A stretch of 64,000 bases of DNA from an uncultured Neomegalonema sp. Its GTDB lineage: Bacteria; Pseudomonadota; Alphaproteobacteria; Rhodobacterales; Rhodobacteraceae. The stretch covers positions 23,592-87,591 of the forward strand of contig CAZJWF010000002.1 of the NCBI GenBank assembly GCA_964549375.1. The letters are read 5' to 3'. This document shows, piece by piece, positions 1-9,712 of the stretch. A program made the position numbers and the translations under genes. Under the pieces are notes generated by a model. It made no database searches and had not been told where the DNA came from. It was given only the letters and a program-made list of their open reading frames with translations. Position 1 is the first letter of the stretch. Each line of letters starts with the position of its first letter.

Positions 1-312
1 TTGGGCGACTTTCGCCGAGGCCGTGGTGTGATCAACGAAGGTCGCACCTTCTTTGAGGCCCGAAAACGCCCCGCCATCAGCGATTGTCACGCTCCGCAGG
101 TCATCGTCATTTCCCACGCAAGCCATCACAAAATCACACCCTTCGGCGGCTTCTTGTGGTGAAGCAGCCATAGCGCCACCATATTCCGCCGCCCATTTCT
201 CGGCCTTGGCCGTGGTTCGATTGTAGACGGTTGTTTCATGTCCGGCTTTTTGCAGATAACCCGCCATCGGGTATCCCATAACGCCCAAACCAATAAATCC
301 GACCTTCGCCAT
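1..312 (-). CDS. NAD(P)-dependent oxidoreductase, 3-hydroxyisobutyrate/6-phosphogluconate dehydrogenase NAD-binding family (N-terminal part; gene runs off the window)
   Basis: Reverse translation from ATG at 312: MAKVGFIGLGVMGYPMAGYLQKAGHETTVYNRT..., a GxGxxG Rossmann N-terminus typical of HIBADH-type enzymes. Open to the window edge and not in the ORF track. Confidence 0.75.
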   Translation of the reverse strand, partial: MAKVGFIGLGVMGYPMAGYLQKAGHETTVYNRTTAKAEKWAAEYGGAMAASPQEAAEGCDFVMACVGNDDDLRSVTIADGGAFSGLKEGATFVDHTTASAKVAQ

Positions 313-451
313 TTTTCCCTCCAGATACGCCATAAATACGCGACAGACTTGACCTGCACGCGCATCGCGGCGACACAACTGCGATGCTGCACACGATGGC
401 ATTGGCCCCTACCGCGTCAAGGGGAACCAATGTTCAGGAGAAAAGAAACTC

Positions 452-3013
452 ATGTCTGCGCTCTGGCGATGGTTTGTAAGGTTACTGTTTGGGGTCATGT
501 TGATCGGCTTGATCGCGGTCGGTGCGGTCTATTGGTATGCGTCGCGCTCGCTTCCCAATATCGACGGTGAGGTCCAAGTTGCCGGTTTGGACTCAGAGGT
601 TGAAATCATTCGAGATGCCTATGGCGTGCCGCGCATTCTCGCCGAGTCAGAGACCGACGGCTTGTTCGCGCTCGGGTACGTCCACGCCAGTGACAGACTT
701 TGGCAAATGGACCTCTCAAGGCGATTGGTGCAAGGCCGGATGTCGGAACGGTTTGGCGAACGGGCCTTGGCCACCGACCGGCTTATGCGCGCGCTTGATC
801 TCGATGGATATGCTGAACGCAGCCTTACCGCACTGCAAGTCGACACCGTCGCGCTGCTTGAATCCTATGCCGCTGGGGTAAATGCCCGCCTCGATGAAAT
901 TGAGAACGGCGATAAAGGAGCGCCAGAATTCACAATTTTCGGCGGGGATATTGATCCTTGGCGCCCCGCAGACTCGCTGTCGGTCGTCAAGAGTATGGCA
1001 TTCCAAATATCGCTCGCATCTTTACTCAGAGAAAGCGCGAGAGGCCGCATAAGCTTGGCGCTCGATCCAGCGCAAGTGCGTGATCTCTATCCAGAGTATC
1101 CAGGAAAAGGAATTGATGCTTTTCCAGCTGAAGAAGAACAAGAAACTCGCCTCTCATCGCCGACCCGAACCACAGCAACCACCTCGCCGAACTTTCCGCC
1201 GGTCAAATCTGCACGTACTGGCCCGTGGAGCACACCGCAACCCTATGATCAGGCGCTTGGGTTTATTGGCCTAGATACGCCGCAAATGGCAGGTGCCTCT
1301 AGCGCATGGGCAGTCGAAGGTTCCCGAACAGCGGGACGCGCGCCTTTGCTGGCGTCTGACCCACACCTTCCCCTTACCGCGCCCTCCATATGGCATCCGG
1401 TTCAGGTTACGGCCCCTGGACTATCAGTCATCGGTGCGACCCTGCCAGGTGTGCCGGCCATCGCCTACGGACGCAGCGAAGACATTGCGTGGGGCCTAAC
1501 CGCAACCCAACTCGATGACATCGATATTTTCATTGAGAAACTCGCTCCCGACGACGCCGAGAAATACGTCGGCCCTGAGGGACCATTGGAATTCGAAACG
1601 AAAACAGAAATTGTCAATGTGAAGGGAAGCACCCCAGTTGAACTGACCCTTCGAAAAAGCCGTCATGGTCCAGTTATGCCGCTGGACACGGCTGGTTTGG
1701 CCGCTGTGACACCGGACGATCACGTTGCAACGATCGCATGGACTGCGCTGGCAGATGATGACACCACCATTGAGGCGCTGATGGCGCTCAATCGTGCCTC
1801 GTCTGCCGAGGATGCCATCAAAATCGCGGCGCAGGTCGTGGCCCCTGCCCTCAACCTGATTGTCGCCGACAAAGAAACAGTTGGCATTGCCGTCGCGGGA
1901 CGTGTTCCGCTTCGGCGCTTTACGGCTCCATTCCAAGGACGCTTGCCCTCACCCGGTTGGTCGGATCGGAATGATTGGACAGGGTGGCTGCGTGATACTG
2001 CACTGCCACGCCTCATCGAACCAGAAAGCGGCGCTGTTGCAAACGCGAATAATCGCATCGGGAATGCCCCCTTCCCGCGTCATCTATCTTTCGACTGGGA
2101 CGCTCCCTATCGCATCAATCGTATCGAAAAGTTGCTAAATGCGCGCGAAGCACACTCGATTGAAAGCTTCAAAGCCATGCAGTCAGACACGGTGTCTGGA
2201 ACGGCCCGCGCGTTACTACCTCTCATCGCCGCACCGCTATGGGATGAAAAACAGCCAAGCGATGCCCATCCACTCCGCCAAAGCGTTCTCCTTCGCTTGC
2301 GGTTGTGGAACGGCGAGATGAGCGAACACGATCCTGAGCCGCTGATATTCTCGGCATGGCTCAATACCCTCTTGCCGCTACTGGTCAAAGACGAATTGGG
2401 CGAGTTGATTAGCAGTTATCATGGACCGCGTCCGCTATTCCTCGAACGCGTTTTCAAAGACATCAATGGCGCGTCCCGATGGTGCGACGACATCACAACC
2501 GAAGACCGCACCGAAATCTGCACCGAGATCGCTGCAAAGGCGCTGGATGAGGCGTTGGAAAAGCTGACCGCCGCGTATGGAGATGATGACCGCGCTTGGC
2601 GTTGGGGCATGGCCCATACTGCCCTTCATCGCCATGCAACGCTCGGCAGCATCTCGACAAAAGTTCTAGGAGTTCGCCTTGGGCTGGATCGTTTTGTGAA
2701 CATAAGTCAGGAAACAAGCGGCGGCGACGACACGCTGAATCGAGGCGCGATGGCGCACCGAGGTCGAAATCCGTTCAACAATGTCCACGGAGCCGGATTT
2801 CGGGGGGTCTACGATTTTTCGGACCTCAACCGTTCGCAGTACATCGTTTCAACAGGCGCTTCGGGACACCCGTTTTCCGAGTATTACGCAAACTTATCGC
2901 CATTATGGCGCATTGGCGAATATATGCCGATGTCTCTGGAACGCGCAGACTTCGAACCAAGCGCAGTTGGAACCCTCAATTTGCAACCGATAACACCGGA
3001 TGCAAAAAATTAG
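452..3013 (+). CDS. Penicillin acylase family Ntn-hydrolase (possible acyl-homoserine-lactone/beta-lactam acylase)
   Basis: 853 aa with an N-terminal TM/signal segment. GYVHASDRLWQMD motif and internal GASSAWAV (a candidate Ntn serine after a spacer). AGGAGA Shine-Dalgarno upstream. Confidence 0.9.
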   Translation: MSALWRWFVRLLFGVMLIGLIAVGAVYWYASRSLPNIDGEVQVAGLDSEVEIIRDAYGVPRILAESETDGLFALGYVHASDRLWQMDLSRRLVQGRMSERFGERALATDRLMRALDLDGYAERSLTALQVDTVALLESYAAGVNARLDEIENGDKGAPEFTIFGGDIDPWRPADSLSVVKSMAFQISLASLLRESARGRISLALDPAQVRDLYPEYPGKGIDAFPAEEEQETRLSSPTRTTATTSPNFPPVKSARTGPWSTPQPYDQALGFIGLDTPQMAGASSAWAVEGSRTAGRAPLLASDPHLPLTAPSIWHPVQVTAPGLSVIGATLPGVPAIAYGRSEDIAWGLTATQLDDIDIFIEKLAPDDAEKYVGPEGPLEFETKTEIVNVKGSTPVELTLRKSRHGPVMPLDTAGLAAVTPDDHVATIAWTALADDDTTIEALMALNRASSAEDAIKIAAQVVAPALNLIVADKETVGIAVAGRVPLRRFTAPFQGRLPSPGWSDRNDWTGWLRDTALPRLIEPESGAVANANNRIGNAPFPRHLSFDWDAPYRINRIEKLLNAREAHSIESFKAMQSDTVSGTARALLPLIAAPLWDEKQPSDAHPLRQSVLLRLRLWNGEMSEHDPEPLIFSAWLNTLLPLLVKDELGELISSYHGPRPLFLERVFKDINGASRWCDDITTEDRTEICTEIAAKALDEALEKLTAAYGDDDRAWRWGMAHTALHRHATLGSISTKVLGVRLGLDRFVNISQETSGGDDTLNRGAMAHRGRNPFNNVHGAGFRGVYDFSDLNRSQYIVSTGASGHPFSEYYANLSPLWRIGEYMPMSLERADFEPSAVGTLNLQPITPDAKN

Positions 3014-3098
3014 GCGGCGGAATAAACCTAAATGACTTGCGCGTAACGGATCAACGGCTACGGTCAGTCTCTCAAGACGTTTAGAGAGGTCGGCATCT

Positions 3099-3536
3099 AT
3101 GGAACCGAAAATCTGGGTTTTCTTCTTCGGAGCCTATATCAATTTCTCTGTGCTACGTGAAATCAACCTGATACCGGAAGAATATCGGGTGGCCACGTTG
3201 AATGGTTATCGCCTGAACATCGAGCCAACCGCGACCCTGTCGCGAGAGCCCGGTTCAACGGTATGGGGAATAATGGCCACAGCGACCCATGAAGAATTGC
3301 GTCGCCTGTATGTCGATCACGCTAAAATCTTCTTAGGCGGTGACTATTTCCCACGGGCTGTGACCGTCACCGACATGAACGACAATATCATCCCAGCTCT
3401 TTGCTACATATGCGATGACATGAAGCCCGTTGCCGCAGAAGCGGAGTATATCGAAAAGATTGCGCGCCCTGCAGAAGAGTACGGTTTCCCCAAGGATTAC
3501 GTAGAAATGATCCGCAGCTTTGGGCCAGATGCGTAA
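3099..3536 (+). CDS. Gamma-glutamylcyclotransferase-fold (AIG2/GGACT-like) protein
   Basis: 145 aa. Pattern FFFGAY..., L.GYRL, VWG..., ...ALCYI resembles the AIG2-like fold, but the canonical YGSN motif is not conserved. Confidence 0.55.
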   Translation: MEPKIWVFFFGAYINFSVLREINLIPEEYRVATLNGYRLNIEPTATLSREPGSTVWGIMATATHEELRRLYVDHAKIFLGGDYFPRAVTVTDMNDNIIPALCYICDDMKPVAAEAEYIEKIARPAEEYGFPKDYVEMIRSFGPDA

Positions 3537-3545
3537 GGCGGGATG

Positions 3546-4226
3546 TTAGCTCGCCGCCTGTCGGATGGCGGCAATATTTGCGCCGTAGACATCGGGGTTG
3601 GACACGGAACCGCCTTTGAAGACAGCCGATCCGGCGACGAGTACGTCCGCGCCTGCTTTTGCCATTAGGGGCGAGGTTTCAGGCGTAATGCCCCCGTCAA
3701 TTTCGATGTGGATGGGACGTTCCCCTATCATCGCGCGTAATCTGCGGACTTTTTCGATCTGCGAATGTAGAAAGCTTTGTCCGCCAAATCCGGGATTGAC
3801 GGTCATCACACAGACTAGATCAATCTTATCCAAGACATATTCAATCGCCGTTTCAGGTGTCGCGGGGTTCAAGGCAACGCCAGCCTTGCAGCCTAGCTCA
3901 GCGATAGCGCCAAGGGTTCGATCCAAATGCGGGCAAGCCTCGACATGTACGGTGAGCCTGTCGGACCCCGCCTCGGCGAATGGCGCAAGATACGCATCGG
4001 TCGGTTCGATCATGAGGTGAACATCCATGACCGTTTTGACGTGAGGGCGGATCGCTTTGACCAGCGGCGGTCCGAAAGTCAAATTAGGCACGAAATGCCC
4101 GTCCATGACGTCGATGTGAACCCAATCGCAGCCTTGCTGTTCAATTGCTTCACATTCCGCACCAAAATTCGCAAAATCGGCGCTGAGAATGGAAGGAGCA
4201 ATCTTAATTGACCGGTCAAACGCCAT
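3546..4226 (-). CDS. rpe: Ribulose-phosphate 3-epimerase
   Basis: IAPSILSADFANFG...HIDVMDGHFVPNLTFGP...MTVNPGFGGQSF motifs over a full-length 226 aa. Confidence 0.95.
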   Translation of the reverse strand: MAFDRSIKIAPSILSADFANFGAECEAIEQQGCDWVHIDVMDGHFVPNLTFGPPLVKAIRPHVKTVMDVHLMIEPTDAYLAPFAEAGSDRLTVHVEACPHLDRTLGAIAELGCKAGVALNPATPETAIEYVLDKIDLVCVMTVNPGFGGQSFLHSQIEKVRRLRAMIGERPIHIEIDGGITPETSPLMAKAGADVLVAGSAVFKGGSVSNPDVYGANIAAIRQAAS

Positions 4227-4286
4227 CTTTTCCCCCTGAGAATTTTCTTAGGGAGATAAGGCAGGGATCAGCTCAAAGCGCAAGCC

Positions 4287-4823
4287 TCAGTCGTCGGTAT
4301 CGACTGCGGCATAGGTCTCAGCGGCAATAATGGCCAAGCGGAGACGCGAGGGGTTTTCGGCATAGAGCGGGAAAACCCCGCGATATTGCATGATAAACGC
4401 TCTTTCGACAGACGGAACGGTGCCGCGCGAAAACATCGGCTTGCGCAGGACCGAGGCGGTAATCGCTTCATGATAGCGCGACTCAACAAACTCCTCGTCG
4501 AGCGTTTCGCTCATCCAACCTTCGCGCATGTGGTCCGAAGACGGCGCATCAAGTTGTTCGCCTTGCGAAAGGACGTAAAAATCAACGATTCCATCGACTT
4601 CTACGGGCTCGACGTGGCGGACCCACCGCAAAAGCTGCCTTACACCCGGCTGAGCAAGCAACACCAATTCGTCCGGCAGCAGATGCCCTTTGCAAAACTG
4701 ATCATACCAACCGGCAAACACCGAAACCGGGTGATTTTCCGGCAGAGCATCGCGCTCAAGCGATGTCAGCCCATAGCTGCGACTTAACGACTCGTTTGTT
4801 TCATTCATTGCAACAGCGGACAT
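4287..4823 (-). CDS. Conserved hypothetical protein, PAS_5-like
   Basis: 178-aa ORF with coding-like composition. Loosely resembles the small alphaproteobacterial PAS-domain-containing family. No catalytic motif recognised. Confidence 0.5.
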   Translation of the reverse strand: MSAVAMNETNESLSRSYGLTSLERDALPENHPVSVFAGWYDQFCKGHLLPDELVLLAQPGVRQLLRWVRHVEPVEVDGIVDFYVLSQGEQLDAPSSDHMREGWMSETLDEEFVESRYHEAITASVLRKPMFSRGTVPSVERAFIMQYRGVFPLYAENPSRLRLAIIAAETYAAVDTDD

Positions 4824-5053
4824 AAGCGGCCTCCAACGGGGTCGTTCTGGAACGTCGAACAGTACCGAAGACCTGCTAACGGACGTTTAAGGGATCTAAG
4901 TTTCTGATTTTTATACACCTCACGTTTTGAACCAAATGATGTTAGAAAATCCCCAGATATTTCGGGGAAAAAATGCGACAATTCCCGCGATTCCCCGGTA
5001 AAAGTCGTTAAGCGTTTCTGTAGGACGGATTAAGCGGGGATAATCGGGAGTTT

Positions 5054-5521
5054 ATGTCACCTAAAGCGACAACCAACGAAGCGCCGCTCCTTCATCTCGT
5101 CAAGCTGAGTGTCGGCTCTGAAAGCGTTGAAGGTCTGGCGGAGTGGCAAGATCTTCGCCGAGCCGAACGCGAGACTGCGGGCGAAGACAGCCGCCCTCGC
5201 CACGTCACTAGGATGACGCCGAAGCGCGGCACTGAATTGCTCGCTGGTGGCTCAATCTATTGGGTCATTAAGCGGAATATTGTGGCGCGGCAAAAGATCG
5301 TCGCACTAGAACCGATTGTCGGTGAGGACGGTATTTCGCGCTGTGCGATTATTCTTGATCCGATCCTCGTGCGAACGGAAATGCGTCCAAAGCGGCCATT
5401 TCAGGGGTGGCGGTATTTAACACCAGCCGATGCCCCGCCGGATTTGACCGATGAGGGAGAAGTGCTCGCCGACATGCCGGGCGCAATGCGTGAGGCTCTT
5501 GCCTCTTTTGGAGTACGCTAG
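5054..5521 (+). CDS. DUF1489 family protein
   Basis: LHLVKLSVGSESVEGLAEWQ ... GGSIYWVIK ... pattern typical of DUF1489. Confidence 0.7.
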   Translation: MSPKATTNEAPLLHLVKLSVGSESVEGLAEWQDLRRAERETAGEDSRPRHVTRMTPKRGTELLAGGSIYWVIKRNIVARQKIVALEPIVGEDGISRCAIILDPILVRTEMRPKRPFQGWRYLTPADAPPDLTDEGEVLADMPGAMREALASFGVR

Positions 5522-5905
5522 ATGACGGGAGAGACTGATCTCAACGCTTTACTGCGTGAAATGAAGCCGGTTCTTGATCCGAGGCGGTTTGTTTTTTCAA
5601 CCCATACGGACATGACTCTGGAAGAAGCCGCAAAGTTATCGCCGATTGCCATGTTTCAAGAACCTGAGGGCATGACGCTGATCTACGAAAGCGATGAGCA
5701 ACCGCGCTATGCCATGATTACCTTGACGGTTCATTCCAGTTTGGAGGCCGTCGGATTAACCGCCGCAATTTCTGCTGCTCTGACGAAACAGCGGATCAGC
5801 GCGAACGTCGTCGCAGCCTTTTATCACGATCATATTTTCGTTTCAGAAAGTGACGCGGATCGTGCGATGGCTGCGTTACTGGCCGTATCCGAAGACGCAG
5901 CGTGA
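5522..5905 (+). CDS. ACT domain-containing protein (ACT_7 type)
   Basis: 127 aa. LEAVGLTAAISAALTKQRISANVVAAFYHDHIFV C-terminal motif. The start abuts the previous stop (TAGATG). Confidence 0.6.
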   Translation: MTGETDLNALLREMKPVLDPRRFVFSTHTDMTLEEAAKLSPIAMFQEPEGMTLIYESDEQPRYAMITLTVHSSLEAVGLTAAISAALTKQRISANVVAAFYHDHIFVSESDADRAMAALLAVSEDAA

Positions 5906-7158
5906 TCGCCCCTGAGACGCTGTTAAAGGGGATGTTTGATGCCGCCGTTCGTGCGGCTGATCCGATGACATGCGTTCCATCTCACCTTCCCAAACCGCCT
6001 AAGGGCCGGTTGATCGTGATCGGTGCTGGAAAGGCGTCGGCGCGAATGGCTCAAGCGGTCGAAGCGCATTGGCAAGGTGAACTGAGTGGCACCGTTTTGA
6101 CCCGCTACGGGCACAGCGCGCCATGTGAACGGATCGAAATTATTGAAGCGGCCCACCCAGTCCCGGACGCAGCAGGTGTCGCAGGCACTCGAAAAATTTT
6201 CGATACAATCTCTGCTCTAAACGAAGACGATCTAGTGCTCGCGTTGATTTCAGGTGGTGGATCCGCGCTGCTCACCTCACCGGCAAACGGCATTACGCTC
6301 GACGAAAAAATCGCCGTGAATCAAGCTCTGCTGAAATCAGGGGCAGCGATTGGCGAGATGAATACCATTCGAAAACACCTAAGCGCCGTGAAAGGCGGTG
6401 GCCTCGCGGCGGCGGCTTATCCCGCGAGAGTTTTAGCGCTGATGATCTCTGACGTACCGGGCGATGATCCGGCGGTGATTGCGTCCGGTCCGACAGTCGG
6501 AACCGACTCGCATCCCACAGATGCTTTGGCTTTGCTCGAACGTTTCGACGTCAAAGTACCACCCTCGATCGAACGGCATCTCGCAACGGGAACACCGCCA
6601 CCTAGCCCGTCCAGTCAAGCTATCGCGCGGGTCGAGAACCGCGTGATTGCCGCCCCTCAAATGTCATTGGAAGCGGCGGCAGAGGTCGCGGTTCAATCTG
6701 GCGTTACGCCGATCATTCTCGGTGATGCGATTGAGGGAGAATCGCGAGACGTCGCAAAGGTTCACTCCGGTATTGCCAATCAGGTTCTTCGACATGGCCA
6801 GCCCGGAAAAGCGCCTTGTGTTGTGATCTCCGGTGGAGAAACGACCGTCACAGTACGCGGAAGCGGGCGCGGTGGGCGCAATGTCGAATTCTGTCTTGCC
6901 CTCGCCTTAGCGCTCGAAGGCAATAAGAGAATTTGGGGAATTGCTGGAGATACAGACGGCATTGATGGGGCGGAAGAAATTGCCGGAGCCATTGTCACCC
7001 CCGATACGCTCGCGCGCGGCGCGTCAGCAAATTTGAACCCGCGAGAGATGCTGGCCAATAACGACGGGCATCGGTTCTTTGAGGCGATCAAATCTCAACT
7101 CGTAACGGGGCCGACACTCACCAACGTCAACGATTTTCGTGCCGTCCTGATTTTATAA
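5902..7158 (+). CDS. Glycerate 2-kinase / hydroxypyruvate reductase family (DUF4147 + MOFRL)
   Basis: 418 aa. GAGKASARMA, ISGGGSALL, ISGGETTVTV, GTDGIDG motifs. GTGA overlap with the upstream gene. Confidence 0.85.
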   Translation: MIAPETLLKGMFDAAVRAADPMTCVPSHLPKPPKGRLIVIGAGKASARMAQAVEAHWQGELSGTVLTRYGHSAPCERIEIIEAAHPVPDAAGVAGTRKIFDTISALNEDDLVLALISGGGSALLTSPANGITLDEKIAVNQALLKSGAAIGEMNTIRKHLSAVKGGGLAAAAYPARVLALMISDVPGDDPAVIASGPTVGTDSHPTDALALLERFDVKVPPSIERHLATGTPPPSPSSQAIARVENRVIAAPQMSLEAAAEVAVQSGVTPIILGDAIEGESRDVAKVHSGIANQVLRHGQPGKAPCVVISGGETTVTVRGSGRGGRNVEFCLALALALEGNKRIWGIAGDTDGIDGAEEIAGAIVTPDTLARGASANLNPREMLANNDGHRFFEAIKSQLVTGPTLTNVNDFRAVLIL

Positions 7159-7168
7159 CGGCGCTGAT

Positions 7169-7693
7169 CTAAACGATTTCGACCATGCCTTTCCGAAATC
7201 GTTCGGCGTTGCGGACATAGTGATCTGCAGTCGCTTTCAACCCCGCAATCTGTCCGCTCGCTAACTCCCGAATAATCTTCGCAGGCGCGCCGAGCGCCAT
7301 ATGTCCGTCGGGCACCTCTTTGCCCTCCGGCAGTAATGCATTTGCGCCGACGAGCGATCCTTTGCCAACTCGCGCTCCATTCAACACAGTTGCCCCCATC
7401 CCGATCAGCGCCCCGGCACTGACAAAACACCCATGAACGACGGCTGCATGGCCCAGCGTCACATCTTTTTCGAGTGTGAGGGGAAAGCCGGGGTCGGAAT
7501 GCAATACACACCCGTCTTGCACATTACAGCGCGGGCCGATTGTCACTGGTTCATTGTCACCCCTAATCACGGCATTGAACCAGACGCTCGCACCTTCGCC
7601 CAATATAACGTTGCCAACGATGACGGCACCCGGTGCAATCCAAGCGGTTGGATGAACTTGAGGCGCAATGCCATCTAGTGAGAAAATTGGCAT
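7169..7693 (-). CDS. Gamma-class carbonic anhydrase-like hexapeptide-repeat protein (YrdA/PaaY family)
   Basis: 174 aa. Left-handed beta-helix repeats, with VIRGD and HG motifs. Confidence 0.9.
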   Translation of the reverse strand: MPIFSLDGIAPQVHPTAWIAPGAVIVGNVILGEGASVWFNAVIRGDNEPVTIGPRCNVQDGCVLHSDPGFPLTLEKDVTLGHAAVVHGCFVSAGALIGMGATVLNGARVGKGSLVGANALLPEGKEVPDGHMALGAPAKIIRELASGQIAGLKATADHYVRNAERFRKGMVEIV

Positions 7694-7812
7694 GTCGATT
7701 TCCCGATCAATTCAGTACCTTCGCCCAAAGAATGATATACTGCCCTCGAACGATATGCGGATGTCTATACGCGTCGCCTTACAGCGCCATGAAGTCTACC
7801 GGGGGATACACC

Positions 7813-8262
7813 ATGACCCAAAAGAAGCAAGTCACAGGCTCCTGCCTTTGCGGCGCTGTAAAGTTTACCGGCACGCCATCAGATCGCGGAATCGGGGTGT
7901 GCCATTGCAAAATGTGTCGGGTCCAGTCGTCCGGCCCCTTTTTTGCCGCACGAATGGAGGATGGCGTGTCATTGACCGAACAACGCGGCCTCAAGTGGTA
8001 TGACGCCTCAGACATTGGCGAGCGCGGGTTTTGCAGCGAATGCGGGAGCACGATGTTTTGGCGTGAGAAAGATGCGGCACCCGGTCAATGGTTTGTCAGC
8101 GCAGGCACCTTGCCAGACGACTCCATCGCGCCGATTTTCGAGCATATTTGGAATGATGATAAAGCACCCTACTATGAGTTTGCGGATACAACGCCAAGAC
8201 GGACAGCGGCAGAGTGCCTTGGCGGGAACCCAGCACCAAAGCCACATGGAGAAGTAATGTGA
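7813..8262 (+). CDS. GFA (glutathione-dependent formaldehyde-activating/CENP-V) family protein
   Basis: Internal ATG at 7813 gives MTQKKQVTGSCLCGAVKF...CHCKMCR...FCSECGS zinc-Cys motifs. The longer ORF from 7633 overlaps the divergent gene and is unlikely. Confidence 0.85.
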   Translation: MTQKKQVTGSCLCGAVKFTGTPSDRGIGVCHCKMCRVQSSGPFFAARMEDGVSLTEQRGLKWYDASDIGERGFCSECGSTMFWREKDAAPGQWFVSAGTLPDDSIAPIFEHIWNDDKAPYYEFADTTPRRTAAECLGGNPAPKPHGEVM

Positions 8263-8609
8263 CGTTTGGAAAGTTCATCGACAAACGTGCCCGCATCGTC
8301 GCCGCAGGCTGTGCTGTGATACTGGTGGGGGTGGGCCTTACAGGTATCACCAAATCACACGCCTTCGAAGCGGGCCAACGCTGGACTTGTCTCACGGATC
8401 AAGGTGAACACGCGTTTCTCGCTGTGTCGAAAGTAGAAGGCGAAGCCGTTTCTTTCTCTTGGGGCACCCTGAAGGACGATCAAAGCCTATCCGTGCTGTG
8501 CAACAAGCGCGATCAGCTTTCCCTTCAGGAGATACGTCAGTTTTGCGAACTGTTGGGACGTGAGTATTCCGCTGGGCATTCGAGATTAGATCAAGCTTGC
8601 AGCAAATAA
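8259..8609 (+). CDS. Hypothetical membrane-anchored/secreted small protein
   Basis: GTG at 8259 overlaps the GFA stop (GTGA), with GGAGA 7 nt upstream. Hydrophobic segment IVAAGCAVILVGVGLTG. No family recognised. Confidence 0.35.
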   Translation: MTFGKFIDKRARIVAAGCAVILVGVGLTGITKSHAFEAGQRWTCLTDQGEHAFLAVSKVEGEAVSFSWGTLKDDQSLSVLCNKRDQLSLQEIRQFCELLGREYSAGHSRLDQACSK

Positions 8610-8630
8610 CTCCGTCTTGCCCGCGTATCC

Positions 8631-9617
8631 TCACGTATCCGGCGTCACATCATCCCACTGCTGTCCAAGATATCCGATGAGCCAGTTGAGCGCTCTGTGA
8701 CGTTCTAACGCGACGCCAGGATCTAAGCCCGCAGGGGGGTCACGATCATTCATCCCAGCATCGACCAAGGCCCAGCGATACCGATAGATTAAATCCGCCT
8801 GATCCAAAATTTCTTCCATTGGTCGCAGGGACGTCTTCGCCAGCAAGGTTCCAACATTCTCGCCGCGAACAATCTCGGCAATCGCGCGGACATCAACAAT
8901 TTCCTTCGGTGGAGGTAAATCATCTACCGACGACAATGCCCATAACATGACCCACGCCGCCTCATAACGCCACGCGAATTGAACCTTGTCCGCCGTGCGC
9001 GGATTAGGCAACGCGATAAAGGCCGCTTCTTTTGGGGACAGACCATCCTGAATTCCAAAGTCTGCAATCAAGGCGTTGACGGTCTCTTGTGGCAACCCCT
9101 CTCCTTTGACCGCAGTCACGAGGATCGCAAGTGTTCGAACGACCACTTCTCGATGCGTTCGCCCCGTTGTCTGGCTCGAGTCGGGAATAGGAGGTAACTT
9201 CAAATTCAACGGAATACCGCCCGCACGCAAGACCCGCTCTGAGCCCGCCTTTCGCGCTTTGGCCGCCGGTGTTGCAACCGCCCCTGTCCTACCGATCCTG
9301 ACTTTTCGAGTTTGCGCCTCACGCGGCACGATACCCAAAGACTCGACCGGAACCGGAGCCGTAATCGCGTTCACCCGTGTATTATCAGATGCGCCCTGTT
9401 GTTTCAGACTTCCCAACTCGGCCTCTGACGCGGGAATGATGGCCGGCGAGGGAGTTTCGCCGTCTTTGTCTTTCGGCTTTGATGTCTCTGCGGTAATGAT
9501 TTCTAACGTTTTTTCGTAGAGCGCACCGAGCGGGTCCGTTATACGCGCCTCATCTTCCGCCATTCCTTGCGGTGCGAAACCAAGTGAAGCGATCAAAACT
9601 GCCCAGAAAGCTCTCAT
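8631..9617 (-). CDS. Secreted hypothetical protein (C-terminal region possibly DUF4272-like)
   Basis: Signal peptide MRAFWAVLIASLGFAPQGMA. C-terminal FAWRYEAAWVMLWAL...YRYRWALVDAG pattern. Family assignment is from memory only. Confidence 0.6.
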   Translation of the reverse strand: MRAFWAVLIASLGFAPQGMAEDEARITDPLGALYEKTLEIITAETSKPKDKDGETPSPAIIPASEAELGSLKQQGASDNTRVNAITAPVPVESLGIVPREAQTRKVRIGRTGAVATPAAKARKAGSERVLRAGGIPLNLKLPPIPDSSQTTGRTHREVVVRTLAILVTAVKGEGLPQETVNALIADFGIQDGLSPKEAAFIALPNPRTADKVQFAWRYEAAWVMLWALSSVDDLPPPKEIVDVRAIAEIVRGENVGTLLAKTSLRPMEEILDQADLIYRYRWALVDAGMNDRDPPAGLDPGVALERHRALNWLIGYLGQQWDDVTPDT

Positions 9618-9712
9618 GACAAGAAAACTACCCAGTTACGCTCAGATGGCAATGCTTGACGCATCAAGCGTTTTCGCGTTCCGATAATCTCTCGAACTCG
9701 ATAGGGAAACGT

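Noticed and set aside
7633-7812. N-terminal extensions offered by the ORF track. Examples are 7633 for the GFA gene, 9656 for the dehydrogenase, 12004, 20983, 26266, 29306, 40767, 51544, 51933 and 61993.
   Set aside because: In each case an internal ATG with an SD-like sequence or an ATGA overlap gives the family-typical N-terminus. The extensions overlap neighbouring genes or leaders.
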